From contig JAKITS010000001.1 of assembly GCA_021648085.1 (NCBI GenBank), positions 45,434 through 109,433 of the forward strand: DNA of 64,000 bases, in the 5' to 3' direction. A program made the position numbers and the translations under genes. Below, piece by piece: positions 10,118 to 21,324 of this stretch (within the stretch, counting starts at the first letter, position 1; every line of letters starts with the position of its first letter). This DNA comes from Candidatus Magasanikiibacteriota bacterium (GTDB lineage: Bacteria; Patescibacteriota; Patescibacteriia; Magasanikbacterales; UBA922). Under the pieces are notes generated by a model. That model was not told the origin of the DNA. It worked only from the letters and a program-made list of their open reading frames with translations, and did not search any database.

Positions 10118-10531
10118 GTGTTAGAAAACAAAACAGACATTTTTGGGATTATGGTAGGTAGTAAGCCTACCAATCAAGATTGGCAAGAGAGCCGCCAAGA
10201 GGGTGAGCTTGCTGTTGATGTTATTGAAACAGAAAATAAAATTGTAATAATTTCTACAATTGCTGGTACAAAAACAGATAGTGTGGAAATATATGTCCAC
10301 AATGACCTACTAACTGTAAAAGGAAGTAGAGAGATGCCAGTAGAAGAGCTTAGTGATGGAAAAATGCATTTAAATGAGTGTTTTTGGGGAGCTTTTTCCA
10401 GAACAATTGTTTTGCCAGTAGATGTTCAAGGTCATAGAGCACAAGCAGAATATAAAAATGGAATTTTAAAAATAACTATACCAAAACAAATAACAGACAC
10501 AAAAATACCTGTTTTTGTAGTAGAAGAATAA
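10118..10531 (+). CDS. Hsp20/alpha-crystallin small heat-shock protein
   Basis: EGELAVDVIET, ECFWGAFSRTIVLP, AEYKNGILKITIPK. Confidence 0.92.
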   Translation: MLENKTDIFGIMVGSKPTNQDWQESRQEGELAVDVIETENKIVIISTIAGTKTDSVEIYVHNDLLTVKGSREMPVEELSDGKMHLNECFWGAFSRTIVLPVDVQGHRAQAEYKNGILKITIPKQITDTKIPVFVVEE

Positions 10532-10532
10532 T

Positions 10533-12467
10533 ATGACAGATATTTTGCCAAAATCAAAGAAAAAAAGCCCAGCGCTTGTTGCACTAATTGTTTCTGCAAT
10601 TGTTTTTAGTGTATTTATTGCAATTTTTGCTATTACATCGGTAGTGGTTGGAATTCAATATTCAGAAAGGGTTGCACCAGGGTTAAGGATTGGGAATTAT
10701 GATGTGGGTGGTTTTACAAAAGATGAGTTAAAAGAGTTTTTACAAAACAAAAATGATCAACTTGTTGGCACTGGCATAAACTTATCTTTTAAGGATGGAG
10801 AGGGGAAAAAAGAGATAACACTTTATCCTGTTATACTTTCAGATGATTATGCATATGAACTCATCTATACGGATATACAAGCAGAAGTAGAGCGTATAAT
10901 TCGTTTTGGAAAGAGTGGTGGTGTAATGTTGAAAGGGGTTAGTAATATAATTTCAGCATTAGGAAAGCCAAGTATTTCTTTAAAATATATAGAGATAAGC
11001 GATGAAAAAATAATAGAAGAAATTAAAAGTTTGGTGAGTATGTATGAGTCTGAGGCAGTTGATGCATCTGTAATAGTACTTAAAACAAATCCTTTGGAGT
11101 TTAAAATAACATCATCATCGATTGGTGTAGTATTTGACTATCAAGACACTGTGTTTCAGATTAGGGAGCAATGGTCAAAATTGATTGTTCCAAATGTGGA
11201 AGTCGAAAAAGATGTTATAGATCCAAATTTTGTAGAGGATGATTTCAATGGTGCAGAAGATGCACTTAAAAATATGTTTTTGCATGGTTCACTATTTCTA
11301 ACTTATGATTTTTCAACAGCAGACAACTTTGTTTTTAGAGGTAAAAAAACATGGGAAGTGACACCACAGCAAATAAGTGAATGGATTGAGGCACAAGTAC
11401 AAGACGATGTTGTAGTTTTTGGATTAAACAAAGACAGGACATTCGAATTTATAGATGAAAAAATAGCATCAAAAGTGGACATAGAACCGCGTGATGCAAA
11501 GTTTGAGATAAATGAAAACAGTAAAGTGACAGAATTTCAAGGATCTAGGCTTGGTTTTAAGGTAGATCTAGAGGAGAATTATAAAAGTTTGAACAATTTA
11601 TTTGTAAGTAGAAATTTTTTGGAGGAGGGGGTAGACCTGCAATTGGTTTCAAGTACGGTTGATTTGATAATATCTGAAGCAGTATCAGAGATTTCAACCG
11701 GAGATGTAAATGATTTGGGGATTACAGAAATGTTAGGGACTGGTATTTCTGATTTTTCTGGTAGTCCCTCAAATCGCATCAAAAATATTAAAAATGCAGT
11801 AAATAAATTAAACGGAGTTTTGATAAAACCAGGAGAAGAGTTTTCCACAATTAGACATACAAAACCATATACAATATCTGGCGGATATTTACCAGAGTTG
11901 GTTATAAAAGGTGATCAGATAATTCCAGAAATTGGTGGTGGTTTGTGCCAAATAGGAACAACACTTTTTAGAATGGCTATGAACAGTGGTATGAAGATTA
12001 CCGAGCGTAGAAATCACTCTCTCGCAATTCCTTATTATAATGATCCTGTAAACCATCTCCCTGGAACAGATGCTACAATTTATGACCCAAATCCAGACTT
12101 TAGGTTTCTAAATGATACAGAAAATTATATCTTGCTCGAGGCTGATATAAATTGGAACACAATGGAACTTGTCTTTACTCTTTGGGGTACAAATGATGGT
12201 AGAGAGGCTAGTTTTACACACCCTGTCGTAAAGCGTTGGATTCCTCACGGACCTACAAAAAATATTGAAACTACAAAACTTGCACCAGGAGTAAAAAAAT
12301 GTCAACACTCTTATACTGGTGCAGAATCATATTTTACATACTCTAGACAGCTTCCTGGACAGGAAAAAGAAGAGATTGTCTACGAGAGTTATTATAGACC
12401 TCTGCCACAAATATGTTTGGTTGGTGTAGACCCAGATGCTTCATTAGAAACCCTACCCGTTGAATAA
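10533..12467 (+). CDS. VanW-family protein with N-terminal TM and peptidoglycan-binding domains
   Basis: RIKNIKNAVNKLNGVLIKPGEEFS, GGGLCQIGTTLFR, ERRNHS, GTDATIY. Confidence 0.9.
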   Translation: MTDILPKSKKKSPALVALIVSAIVFSVFIAIFAITSVVVGIQYSERVAPGLRIGNYDVGGFTKDELKEFLQNKNDQLVGTGINLSFKDGEGKKEITLYPVILSDDYAYELIYTDIQAEVERIIRFGKSGGVMLKGVSNIISALGKPSISLKYIEISDEKIIEEIKSLVSMYESEAVDASVIVLKTNPLEFKITSSSIGVVFDYQDTVFQIREQWSKLIVPNVEVEKDVIDPNFVEDDFNGAEDALKNMFLHGSLFLTYDFSTADNFVFRGKKTWEVTPQQISEWIEAQVQDDVVVFGLNKDRTFEFIDEKIASKVDIEPRDAKFEINENSKVTEFQGSRLGFKVDLEENYKSLNNLFVSRNFLEEGVDLQLVSSTVDLIISEAVSEISTGDVNDLGITEMLGTGISDFSGSPSNRIKNIKNAVNKLNGVLIKPGEEFSTIRHTKPYTISGGYLPELVIKGDQIIPEIGGGLCQIGTTLFRMAMNSGMKITERRNHSLAIPYYNDPVNHLPGTDATIYDPNPDFRFLNDTENYILLEADINWNTMELVFTLWGTNDGREASFTHPVVKRWIPHGPTKNIETTKLAPGVKKCQHSYTGAESYFTYSRQLPGQEKEEIVYESYYRPLPQICLVGVDPDASLETLPVE

Positions 12468-12478
12468 TAATAAAAATA

Positions 12479-12505
12479 AAAAGCGGTACATTTTGCACCG
12501 CTTTT
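12479..12505. terminator. Bidirectional intrinsic terminator
   Basis: AAAAGCGGT...ACCGCTTTT between convergent genes. Confidence 0.75.
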
Positions 12506-12507
12506 GT

Positions 12508-13104
12508 TTAAGGTTTTGGCAGTCCATCTAATATTTTAGCAAGATCTTCTTTTGTTTCTTCTTCTATTTTTAGTATAAAATCTTTGTCTAACTGACTTCT
12601 TGTTATATTTGTTTCTATATTTGTAATAAAAATTTTATCTAACTTTCCTTTTGCGTTAAAAATAAAAATATTATCAGGTATTTTTCCATTTTCAAAATAC
12701 ATTACAGCGTATGTTCCGTCTGGTTCCCACATAGCAGCAAAACCGTCTGCCTCGCTGTTTTCGTTGAACATACCTATAACTAGTAGATTTCCATTTTTAT
12801 CCCACTGTGCCCACTTTCCAAAAGGTTTGTCTTTTAGGAACTCTCCAACAGTAATTATAGAGCCTGTTTCATCGCTATATTTTTGGAAGGGGCCTATTTT
12901 TTTAGAATTTTCATCTAAGCAATAATATTCAGTTGTAAACTCTTCACCAGAAACTTCTGTATAAGTGGTATTTTTGGGACAGTCAAAAATTTGTATTTGT
13001 TCAAAAATTTCTATGTCTGTTTTTTCTTTTGTATCTTCTTTTTTATTGCACCCAACTAAAAATAAACAAAAGATTATTAAAAGAACACTAATTTGTTTTC
13101 CCAT
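12508..13104 (-). CDS. MORN-variant repeat (YwqK-like) lipoprotein
   Basis: Lipobox LVGC; GKWAQWDKNGNL repeats; GGAGG SD. Confidence 0.75.
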   Translation of the reverse strand: MGKQISVLLIIFCLFLVGCNKKEDTKEKTDIEIFEQIQIFDCPKNTTYTEVSGEEFTTEYYCLDENSKKIGPFQKYSDETGSIITVGEFLKDKPFGKWAQWDKNGNLLVIGMFNENSEADGFAAMWEPDGTYAVMYFENGKIPDNIFIFNAKGKLDKIFITNIETNITRSQLDKDFILKIEEETKEDLAKILDGLPKP

Positions 13105-13194
13105 TTTTTCCTCCTATGTTTGGATGGGTCTATGTATTTTTACATATTAAAGATAAAAAATCAAAAAAGCAGTACAAAATTGTACTGCTTGTTT

Positions 13195-13818
13195 TTATGG
13201 AATAGGAAGATCTTCTGTTTCTTTTGATATTATTTCTTTGTATAGTTCGTTTAGAAAGTCTATTTCATACTCTGTCATATTAGGGGCTTGAATTTCAACT
13301 CCATTTCGTCCTGGACTTTTGACTTTTAGAATTTTTAGAATTCTTTCATTTTTATATTCGTAAGCTAAATTTACAGGAACCCCTTTTGATAATTCAAGTA
13401 TTACACAGTGTTTATCTGCACCAATATTTATCCAAGCGATTGCATATCCGTGAGGTTGTCCTCTGTCATTAAAGTTTTCAATTGAAATGATTTCTCCTGT
13501 TTTACTCCATTTAACCCATTTACCAACTTTAAGATTTTTCCTAAATTCTGCGAGTGCTTTTATTTTCTGTGTATCAGTATAAAAAGCTACAAGCTTACCC
13601 TCAATCCTACCCAGTTCGTTTATACACGAATAAATAGTAGTATTTTCAATAGATGTCTTGTCTACCAAATATACTGTATCTTTTGAGCAGTTTATTTTTT
13701 GTCCGTCTTTTTTATCTGCAATGGTTTGAGTATCATCTTTTATAACTGTTTTATTACACCCAAAAGTAGTGAATATGAAAACTACCAATATAAAAAGAAC
13801 ACTAATTTGTTTTTCCAT
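13195..13818 (-). CDS. MORN-variant repeat (YwqK-like) lipoprotein
   Basis: Lipobox TFGC; GKWVKWSKTGEI; signal peptide like its neighbour (M[GE]KQISVL). Confidence 0.75.
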   Translation of the reverse strand: MEKQISVLFILVVFIFTTFGCNKTVIKDDTQTIADKKDGQKINCSKDTVYLVDKTSIENTTIYSCINELGRIEGKLVAFYTDTQKIKALAEFRKNLKVGKWVKWSKTGEIISIENFNDRGQPHGYAIAWINIGADKHCVILELSKGVPVNLAYEYKNERILKILKVKSPGRNGVEIQAPNMTEYEIDFLNELYKEIISKETEDLPIP

Positions 13819-13937
13819 TTCCCTTTCCTATGTTTTAGATTGTAATCATAACAATCTTTTTATGGATAAATTTATAGTCCCACATTTTATACAAAAAAGC
13901 AATTTGACAGAAAAAAAAGACAGTATCAAAACCGTCT

Positions 13938-14627
13938 TTATTCAACAAACAGACTTACCTTAACCTCTTTGCCATTTTCAAATATTGTTTGCTCTACCAT
14001 CGTTATTGGAATATCCAAAAAATAATAATAATCTTTTCGGACAAGATACACCATTTGTATTTTGTTTAAATATCGAAATATATTTTCTTGCTTTAATTTT
14101 CCATTATTCCAAAAAGATTGATTTTCCAACCTCCCTTTTGCATCAGTTATTCTAAACTCACCATGTCTTTTCCCGTTTGAGTATTCGCCATAATAAACAA
14201 GAATTTTTGTATTTATATCCCATATTCTTTCAGATCTGGTATGAACTCCATTTATATAAAATGCTTGCCAGTGCAAAAAACCATTTTCTGTATACATCTC
14301 AAATTTGCCATGAAGTTTATCATTTTTGTAGTTTGATAAAGTTCTTATTCTCCCGTTATTATAAACAGACTTATACAACCCCTCTCTTTTGCATGTTGAC
14401 CTAGCTGTATTTATTTCTCCAGCAGAGCATTCTTTTGTTTTTACAACACAAGAATAAATTTTTACATCTTGTAAGCTCGAGTATATTTGTAATACAGTTC
14501 CTGTTTTACATATTTTTTCTATGTCTATGGTTCGCTCCGCAATTGTAATAGAACCAAACTCGGAACACCCTAAAATAAATAGTGAAAATAATAAAGTTAA
14601 AAACATCTTGTAAAGAACTGTTTGCAT
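13938..14627 (-). CDS. MORN-variant repeat (YwqK-like) lipoprotein
   Basis: Lipobox ILGC; YKNDKLHGKFEMYTENG, YSNGKRHGEF repeats. Confidence 0.8.
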   Translation of the reverse strand: MQTVLYKMFLTLLFSLFILGCSEFGSITIAERTIDIEKICKTGTVLQIYSSLQDVKIYSCVVKTKECSAGEINTARSTCKREGLYKSVYNNGRIRTLSNYKNDKLHGKFEMYTENGFLHWQAFYINGVHTRSERIWDINTKILVYYGEYSNGKRHGEFRITDAKGRLENQSFWNNGKLKQENIFRYLNKIQMVYLVRKDYYYFLDIPITMVEQTIFENGKEVKVSLFVE

Positions 14628-14717
14628 TTCCCACTCCTTTTTTGCGAGTTTTTTTATTTTTATACCTATTGTTTTGTATCATATTTCACAAAAAAGTACA
14701 ATTTTACACATTTTTAC

Positions 14718-14746
14718 TTGACAGATTACAATATGTATGCTAATAT
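14718..14746 (+). promoter_or_regulatory. Sigma70-type promoter with no convincing downstream CDS
   Basis: TTGACA-17 bp-TAATAT with TG extension. Confidence 0.6.
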
Positions 14747-14752
14747 TCTACT

Positions 14753-14931
14753 TCGTAAGTATGAGTTGGAGATAGATGGTAAAAAATCTTATCAAAGGTT
14801 TGTTGTCATCTGTATCCACGACAAGCATGAGGATGTGGCACTGGGTTACGCTGGCTCCGGCTCGCGGATTTCACGACTACATCTTCTTGGATACAGCAAT
14901 AAAAAAATCACTTGTTTCAAGTGATTTTTTT
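14753..14931 (+). ncRNA. Candidate structured small RNA, family unassigned
   Basis: GC-rich nested stems 14810-14818/14888-14896 and 14829-14838/14877-14886 between a promoter and the terminator at 14901-14931. Confidence 0.45.
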
Positions 14932-14937
14932 ATTTTT

Positions 14938-15537
14938 TTATTCAATAATCTTATCAACAATTCCATACGCTACTGCTTCTTTTGCGCTCATAAAGTAGTC
15001 TCGGTCGGTGTCTTTTTCAACTGTTTTCACTACTTTTCCTGTATGTTTTGATAAGATTTCATTTAGTTTATCTTTTATTTTCAAAATTCTTTCGGCATGA
15101 ATTTTAATGTCACTCGCTTGTCCTTCCGTTCCGCCCATTACTTGATGGATCATCACTTCACCGTTTGGTAGACAAAATCTTTTCCCTTTTGCACCAGAAG
15201 CCAAAAGTACAGAAGCCATACTCGCAGCCATTCCAACACAAATTGTAGAAACATCTGACTTTATGTATTGCATTGTGTCATAAATCGCCATTCCAGCTGT
15301 CACAGATCCGCCTGGAGAATTTATATAGATCTTTATATCTTTTTCTGAGTCTTCATTTTCCAAAAACAAAAGTTGAGCAATTATAGAATTTGCCACAACA
15401 TCATTTATTCCAGTCCCAAGGAAAATAATCCTATCTTTTAAAAGACGAGAATAAATATCATAAGATCTTTCACCAAAATTTGTTTTTTCAATAACTGTAG
15501 GTATCAAAATTTGTGAGTTTATATTTTTTACTTCCAT
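14938..15537 (-). CDS. clpP: ATP-dependent Clp protease proteolytic subunit
   Basis: [38 protein letters not shown]; start reassigned to MEVKN at 15537. Confidence 0.97.
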   Translation of the reverse strand: MEVKNINSQILIPTVIEKTNFGERSYDIYSRLLKDRIIFLGTGINDVVANSIIAQLLFLENEDSEKDIKIYINSPGGSVTAGMAIYDTMQYIKSDVSTICVGMAASMASVLLASGAKGKRFCLPNGEVMIHQVMGGTEGQASDIKIHAERILKIKDKLNEILSKHTGKVVKTVEKDTDRDYFMSAKEAVAYGIVDKIIE

Positions 15538-15676
15538 ATATAAATTAATAATTTTACTATTGCTTAGAGCATAGCAAAGATTTTGTATTTTGTGAAGACA
15601 AGCAAGATAGTAGACTAACAATTAAGTAGATTAAGCAGGTTAAGTACAAAAGGGGTAAAAAAGAAAAACCAATGCA

Positions 15677-15796
15677 CGTCATATTGAGCGGAGTGAAACG
15701 AAGTCGAAATATCTCGGGAGAGTATCATTAGAATTGTGAATATTTAATGTTCTGGTTATTTTGTCTCGAGATCCTTCGGCTTTGCTCAGGAAGGTG
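15677..15796. repeat. REPIN-like unit: two inverted CGTC-type REPs with a conserved spacer
   Basis: REP at 15677-15716 (+) and 15767-15796 (-); spacer resembles those at 6500-6550 and 60738-60788. Confidence 0.85.
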
Positions 15797-15912
15797 TGTG
15801 TGGTTTTTTTTCATTTCGAATCCAAGCAAAGTGATTAATCAAAAAAAGCAAAGCTTTTTGATATATCAAATCGAGCGAAGATGATCCATCAAGTGTAAGC
15901 GATACATCGTTT

Positions 15913-16884
15913 TTAATTTTCTTCTTTAAGAAAATTAAAAACTTTCTTCAATACTTCCTCAACAGTCCCTTTTATTTTAAAGCCAGCAGCTTTTTTGTGT
16001 CCGCCGCCACCAAGTTTTTTTGCATATTTTGCAACATCCACATTTTCGTCGTTTGAACCACGAAAACTTCCTTTTACAAAGCCGTCATCAGCTTCTTTCA
16101 ATATTAGGCGAATTTTTGCATCGCTAATTGAATTCATAAAATTTCCTACATTTTCAACATCTTCTGGTGTTGCGCCAGTTTCAACTAAATCTGTTTTTTT
16201 TAGATATGTATAAGCAAAACTATACTCATCTTTTTTTGTAAGGCGTGACAAAATAGTTCCCCAAATTTTCAAGGAATTTATAGTTTTATTTGTGTAAAGA
16301 TTTTTTTTAATTTGTGATAAGTTTGCGCCAAGCTCCAAAAGTTCGCTTGTTATTTTTATAGAATCAGATGTTGTGTTTGAGTTTTGAAATCTATCTGTAT
16401 CTGTAATAATTCCAGCCAGCAAAGACGAAGCCATTTTACAATTTATTTTTATATTATTTACTTTAAAAAAGTTAAAAAGTAATTCAGTGGTTGAACAAGA
16501 CTCTGTGTTTACAAGGTTCAAATCTCCAAAAAAAGTATTGGTTGGGTGGTGGTCTATATTTATTACAAAACTTTCTGTTTCTTTTAAATACTTTTCTAGA
16601 CCTGCATAATCTGGACTGCCAGTATCAAAAATAATTATTAAGTCAAAATTTTCTTTTAGTATTTTTTTATTAAAAGTACACTTTTCAGAGTTTGGAATAA
16701 AAAATAATTTTGGTGGAATTTCTGTAGCAGAAAAACCTCGATATTTTTTATCAAGAGAATCTAAAAATTCCATAAATGCTGTCACAGAACCCAAAGCATC
16801 TGCATCTGGATTTTGGTGGGGAACCAACAAAATATTCTCAGATTGTAAAACTTTTTTATAAATTTGTCTCATTATTCTTTCCAT
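15913..16884 (-). CDS. nrnA: DHH/DHHA1 phosphoesterase (NrnA-like nanoRNase/pAp phosphatase)
   Basis: HQNPDADALGS, NIDHH, GIITDT, GGGGHKKAAG. Confidence 0.92.
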   Translation of the reverse strand: MERIMRQIYKKVLQSENILLVPHQNPDADALGSVTAFMEFLDSLDKKYRGFSATEIPPKLFFIPNSEKCTFNKKILKENFDLIIIFDTGSPDYAGLEKYLKETESFVINIDHHPTNTFFGDLNLVNTESCSTTELLFNFFKVNNIKINCKMASSLLAGIITDTDRFQNSNTTSDSIKITSELLELGANLSQIKKNLYTNKTINSLKIWGTILSRLTKKDEYSFAYTYLKKTDLVETGATPEDVENVGNFMNSISDAKIRLILKEADDGFVKGSFRGSNDENVDVAKYAKKLGGGGHKKAAGFKIKGTVEEVLKKVFNFLKEEN

Positions 16885-16986
16885 CTTTTTATTTACTGTG
16901 GATAACCTTTTTATAAAAGTTAGTAATTCTATAACTAATTTGATAAAATGTCAAGTGTGACATTGTAATAAAACTTTTTAGCATTT

Positions 16987-19965
16987 ATGTATTTAAAACG
17001 AATTGAATTGAATGGATTTAAATCCTTTGCAAAAAAAACAGTTTTTGAATTTCCAGCACCAAAAGACGGGAAGTTTGTAATTACTTCAATTGTTGGACCA
17101 AACGGAAGTGGAAAGAGTAATGTTTCAGATGCTATTCGCTGGGTTTTGGGTGAACAAAGTTTGAAACAACTTCGTGGTAAAAAAAGTCACGACATTATTT
17201 TTTCTGGTTCAAATCTAAGAGGACAGCTTGGAATGGCAAGTGTTAGTTTGGTTTTTGAAAACAAAGATCACAAAATTCCAGTTGATTATGATGAAGTTAT
17301 AATTTCTAGAAAACTTTATAGATCTGGCGAAAATGAATATTTAATAAACGGTAAAAAAGTGCGTCTTATAGATTTTCAAATTTTATTAGCAAAAGCTCAA
17401 TTTGGAAATAATTCTTATGGAATTATAGGACAAGGCGTGATAGATAGGTTTTTGTTTCAAACTCCAGCGGAGCGAAAAATGTTTTTTGACGAAGCGTCTG
17501 GAATAAAAGAATTTCAAATACGACGACATCAGGCAAGTTTAAGACTAAAAAGAACTACAGAAAATATAAATCAAGCAGAACTTTTACTTACAGAAGTTTC
17601 CCCACGCCTTAGAAGTTTGGAGCGACAAGTAAAAAAATTGGAGAAAAGACAAAGTTTAGAGATAAAATTGAAAGAGGCTCAAAATAGTTATTATGGTAGT
17701 CTTTGGGGTAAAAATAAGAAAAAAATAGATGAATTAAGAGTTAGGTTGGACTGTGTAAATAAAGAATATAAAATTTTGGAAAATAGTTTAGTAATGGTTC
17801 AAAATGATTTGGCAGAATTGGCAAGAGAGCAAAGCAGAACAACAAATTTTGATAGTCTACAAAATGAATACCAAAAATTATTTAGAGAAAAAAGTGAGTT
17901 AGAACAAGACAGGTCTGTACTTTCTGGAAGACTTCAGGTTGAGTATGGAAAAGCAGGTGAACAACAGATTGGTTGGTTGAGGACAAAAATTGATCAACTA
18001 AAAATCCAACAAAATGAGTATAAAATATCTGTAGAAAAATTGGAAAATTCAGTGAACAAAACAGTTGCAGACTTCAATGAAAAACAAAAAGATGTAGAAA
18101 AAAAAGAAGAAGAAATAAAATTATTGCAGGAAAAAATTAGTAAGTCTGCCGGAAATCAAAATAATAGTTATGGACATAAGTATGGTTCACCTGCTGTTCT
18201 AAATATTTTGAATAATAAAGATAGCTTTGGAAAGGTTTACGGAGCCGTGTCAAATCTGGCAGAAGCAGATTTGAAATATGCTTTAGCATTGGATATTGCT
18301 GCTGGTGGAAACTTATCTTCTGTGGTTGTAGAAAGTGATATAACTGCAAAAAAATGTATAGAACATCTAAGAAGTGAAAGACTTGGAACAGCAACATTTT
18401 TACCTTTAAACAAAATAAATCCTCGTCGTATTTATGAAGATCAGTACGATTATTTGGATTACGATGGAGTTCATGGTTTTGCTGTTGAGCTTGTTCAATT
18501 TGAAGATAAGTATGAAGATATTTTTTCTTATGTTTTTGGTAGTACTTTGATCGTAGAAGACATTAGTGCAGCTAAAAAAGTTGGAATTGGAAAAATAAGA
18601 ATGGTGACTTTGGAAGGCGATGTTTTGGATAGAGGTGGGAGTATGCGTGGAGGTTATAGAAGTAGAAAAGGAGGTATGTTTAGTTTTTTGAATCAAAATA
18701 GTAATATAACAGAAAGTGGAATAAGTTATGAAAGACTCCATCAATTATTAAACAAAGTACAGTCTAACTATTTAAGAGAAAAAAATACATTGTCAGAATT
18801 AAATACACAAAAACAAATTTCTGAAAACAATTTAGAAAGCCTAAATAAAAATAAAAAAGATAACTCAAGAGAACTGGCTAGTTTGGAGCAGGAACTATTA
18901 ATGAATACTTCCGGATCAAGTGATTATGGAGATATAGTGGAAGGTATTCAATCTCAAAAAGATGAATACGACAGAAAACTAATTGAACTAGAAGAAACTC
19001 TAAGTGTTGCTCGTAATAAAATTGAGCGGTTTAATCAAGATGAAGAAGATAAAAAGAAAAAAATCTTTTATTTGCAAGACGAAATGCAAAAAAAACAGTC
19101 TGAATTAAATACTTTGGCTTCAAATAAAAATAATTTTGATGTAGAAATGGCGAGAAGAGAGACAAAACAAGAAGATTTGGAACATGAGATAAAAGTTGAG
19201 ACAAATGAAGACATACACACTATTTTAAAAAGAGGTGTGGAGTATATTTCTTCTGATGAGTTTGAAGGTTTTCAAGATAAAATACAAAAAATAAAATATA
19301 ATTTAGGGTTAATTGGTGGAATAGACGAATCTGTTATTCAGGAATATGAAGAAGTTTCTGAAAAATATGGACATTTGAGTGGTAAGTTGAAGGATTTAAA
19401 AAATGCTGTAAATGATCTAAATAGATTAATCACAGAATTAGATATTTTGATGAAGCAAAAAAGAAAAAAAGTTTTTACACATATTAAAAAAGAGTTTTCT
19501 AGGTATTTCAAATTACTTTTCAATGGTGGAGGGGCAGAATTAATTGAAATATATGGACGAGAGAAAGATAATGAATTAGACGAAGAGGCTTCTGAAAATA
19601 AAGGAAAAAGGGTTTTACAAGGAATTGAGATTACAGCTTGTCCTCCTGGAAAAAAGATTAAACATATAGAATCTTTGTCTGGCGGAGAGAGAACGATGAC
19701 CTCCATTGCTCTAATTTGTGCAATTTTGCGTGCAAACCCATCACCTTTTGTCGTGTTGGACGAAGTAGAGGCAGCATTAGATGAGTCAAATTCTATACGG
19801 TTTACAGAAATTTTAGAAGACCTTGCATCTCGCGCGCAATGTATACTTATTACTCACAATAGAGCAACAATGAACGCTTCGGACTTACTTTATGGAGTCA
19901 CAATGGGTGGAGATGGTGTAAGTAGTCTAGTATCTGTAAACCTGGAAAATCACGCAAAGACTTGA
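16987..19965 (+). CDS. smc: Chromosome segregation protein SMC with short coiled-coil arms
   Basis: GPNGSGKSN Walker A, hinge [22 protein letters not shown] signature, [10 protein letters not shown]. Confidence 0.95.
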   Translation: MYLKRIELNGFKSFAKKTVFEFPAPKDGKFVITSIVGPNGSGKSNVSDAIRWVLGEQSLKQLRGKKSHDIIFSGSNLRGQLGMASVSLVFENKDHKIPVDYDEVIISRKLYRSGENEYLINGKKVRLIDFQILLAKAQFGNNSYGIIGQGVIDRFLFQTPAERKMFFDEASGIKEFQIRRHQASLRLKRTTENINQAELLLTEVSPRLRSLERQVKKLEKRQSLEIKLKEAQNSYYGSLWGKNKKKIDELRVRLDCVNKEYKILENSLVMVQNDLAELAREQSRTTNFDSLQNEYQKLFREKSELEQDRSVLSGRLQVEYGKAGEQQIGWLRTKIDQLKIQQNEYKISVEKLENSVNKTVADFNEKQKDVEKKEEEIKLLQEKISKSAGNQNNSYGHKYGSPAVLNILNNKDSFGKVYGAVSNLAEADLKYALALDIAAGGNLSSVVVESDITAKKCIEHLRSERLGTATFLPLNKINPRRIYEDQYDYLDYDGVHGFAVELVQFEDKYEDIFSYVFGSTLIVEDISAAKKVGIGKIRMVTLEGDVLDRGGSMRGGYRSRKGGMFSFLNQNSNITESGISYERLHQLLNKVQSNYLREKNTLSELNTQKQISENNLESLNKNKKDNSRELASLEQELLMNTSGSSDYGDIVEGIQSQKDEYDRKLIELEETLSVARNKIERFNQDEEDKKKKIFYLQDEMQKKQSELNTLASNKNNFDVEMARRETKQEDLEHEIKVETNEDIHTILKRGVEYISSDEFEGFQDKIQKIKYNLGLIGGIDESVIQEYEEVSEKYGHLSGKLKDLKNAVNDLNRLITELDILMKQKRKKVFTHIKKEFSRYFKLLFNGGGAELIEIYGREKDNELDEEASENKGKRVLQGIEITACPPGKKIKHIESLSGGERTMTSIALICAILRANPSPFVVLDEVEAALDESNSIRFTEILEDLASRAQCILITHNRATMNASDLLYGVTMGGDGVSSLVSVNLENHAKT

Positions 19966-20032
19966 CTTTTTGTGTGATTTCGTATACAATAATCGCATAT
20001 TTACCGTCACAATTAAATAGATATATTAAGTT

Positions 20033-20653
20033 ATGTTAGCAATAAGACTACAAAGAAGAGGAAAAAAGAAACAACCGGTTTACCGTGTAATTGTTTCTGA
20101 GAAACACAAAGATACACAAGCTGGAAGTTTGGAAATTTTAGGGCACTACAATCCACTAGTAAAACCAAGTAAAATTGTTTTAAAAGTAGATAGAATAAAA
20201 TATTGGATTTCTGTTGGTGCACAACCTTCAAATACAGTATTCAATCTACTTGTAAAAGAAGGTGTTATAAAAGGTGATAAAAAGAAGTCTGTAACAATTA
20301 CAAATAAAAGACAAGGGAAAATTGATGCTTCAAATACAGAAAAAATTAAAAAAGAAGCTGATGCAAAAGCAAAAGCTTTAGAAGAAAAAGAAGCTAAAAA
20401 AATTGCTGCAGAAACTGAAAAAGCTGAAGCAAAAAAAGTAGAAGCAGAAAAAGCAAAAACTGAGGAAACTCCGAAAGAAGAAGAGATAAAAACAGAAGAA
20501 ATCGAAAAAACTCCTGCTGTTGAGGATAAAGCTGAAACACCTAAAACAGAAGAAGTTATAAAAGAAGAAAAAGTTGAAACTCCAGAAGAAGATGTGAAAA
20601 CAGAAGGAGTTAAAACTGAAACTGTGGATAAAGAAGTCGAAAAGAGTAAGTAA
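20033..20653 (+). CDS. rpsP: 30S ribosomal protein S16 with long Glu/Lys-rich tail
   Basis: MLAIRLQRRGKKKQPVYRVIV..WISVGAQPSNTV. Confidence 0.96.
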   Translation: MLAIRLQRRGKKKQPVYRVIVSEKHKDTQAGSLEILGHYNPLVKPSKIVLKVDRIKYWISVGAQPSNTVFNLLVKEGVIKGDKKKSVTITNKRQGKIDASNTEKIKKEADAKAKALEEKEAKKIAAETEKAEAKKVEAEKAKTEETPKEEEIKTEEIEKTPAVEDKAETPKTEEVIKEEKVETPEEDVKTEGVKTETVDKEVEKSK

Positions 20654-20750
20654 AATTTATAATTGTATTGACCTTCTTTTAAAATAAATGATATAATTTA
20701 GATGTTGTTTAAAAGCATAATCTAATTTAATTAATCCGTAAGTTTAAAAT

Positions 20751-21125
20751 ATGGAAAAAGATCAAGAGTTTGTTGAAATGATTGTAAGAAACATTGTAAA
20801 TAATCCAGAAGATGTTTCTACAACAAGAGAAATTGATGAAAGAGGTGTCCTTATTACACTAACTGTAAATCCTAGTGATATGGGTTATGTGATTGGGCGT
20901 CAAGGAAATACAGCTCGTTCTATTCGTACTTTATTAAAAATTGTTGGAGCAAAAGCAAATGCAATTGTAAACTTAAAGATTAACGAACCAGAAGGCGGTC
21001 GTCCACCAAGAGTTGAGAGGACTAATAGACCCGAAAGAGTCGAATCCCCAAGAGTTGAAGTTCCAAAAGCTCCAGCTGTAGAGGAGGAAATAGATACAAG
21101 TGCTGTAGAAGACTTGAACATCTAA
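20751..21125 (+). CDS. khpA: KH-domain RNA-binding protein KhpA
   Basis: DMGYVIGRQGNTARSIRTLL; conserved position after rpsP. Confidence 0.9.
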   Translation: MEKDQEFVEMIVRNIVNNPEDVSTTREIDERGVLITLTVNPSDMGYVIGRQGNTARSIRTLLKIVGAKANAIVNLKINEPEGGRPPRVERTNRPERVESPRVEVPKAPAVEEEIDTSAVEDLNI

Positions 21126-21223
21126 AAAAGAATTAAAAACAAAAACTGCCCAAATTGGCAGTTTTTGTTTTACACTTGACTTTTTTGTATTTTTTATGTA
21201 AAATGTTATAGTATTTGAGTAAA

Positions 21224-21297
21224 GGGTTCGTAGCTCAGTTGGTTAGAGCGCTTGCTCGACATGCAAGAGGTCAGAGGTTCGATTCCTCTCGGACCCA
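21224..21297 (+). tRNA. tRNA-Val(GAC)
   Basis: Anticodon arm CTTGC-TC-GAC-AT-GCAAG; canonical D and T arms. Confidence 0.96.
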
Positions 21298-21324
21298 CAG
21301 ATATTTTGAAACAGTCCTACAAAA

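Noticed and set aside
14622-15051. ORFs 14622-14924 and 14776-15051
   Set aside because: They run across a promoter, a terminator and clpP; the RNA-structure reading fits better, though a small protein is not excluded
16896-16906. DnaA box TGTGGATAA suggesting oriC
   Set aside because: Single box between nrnA and smc; other matches are scattered in coding regions; no cluster or dnaA
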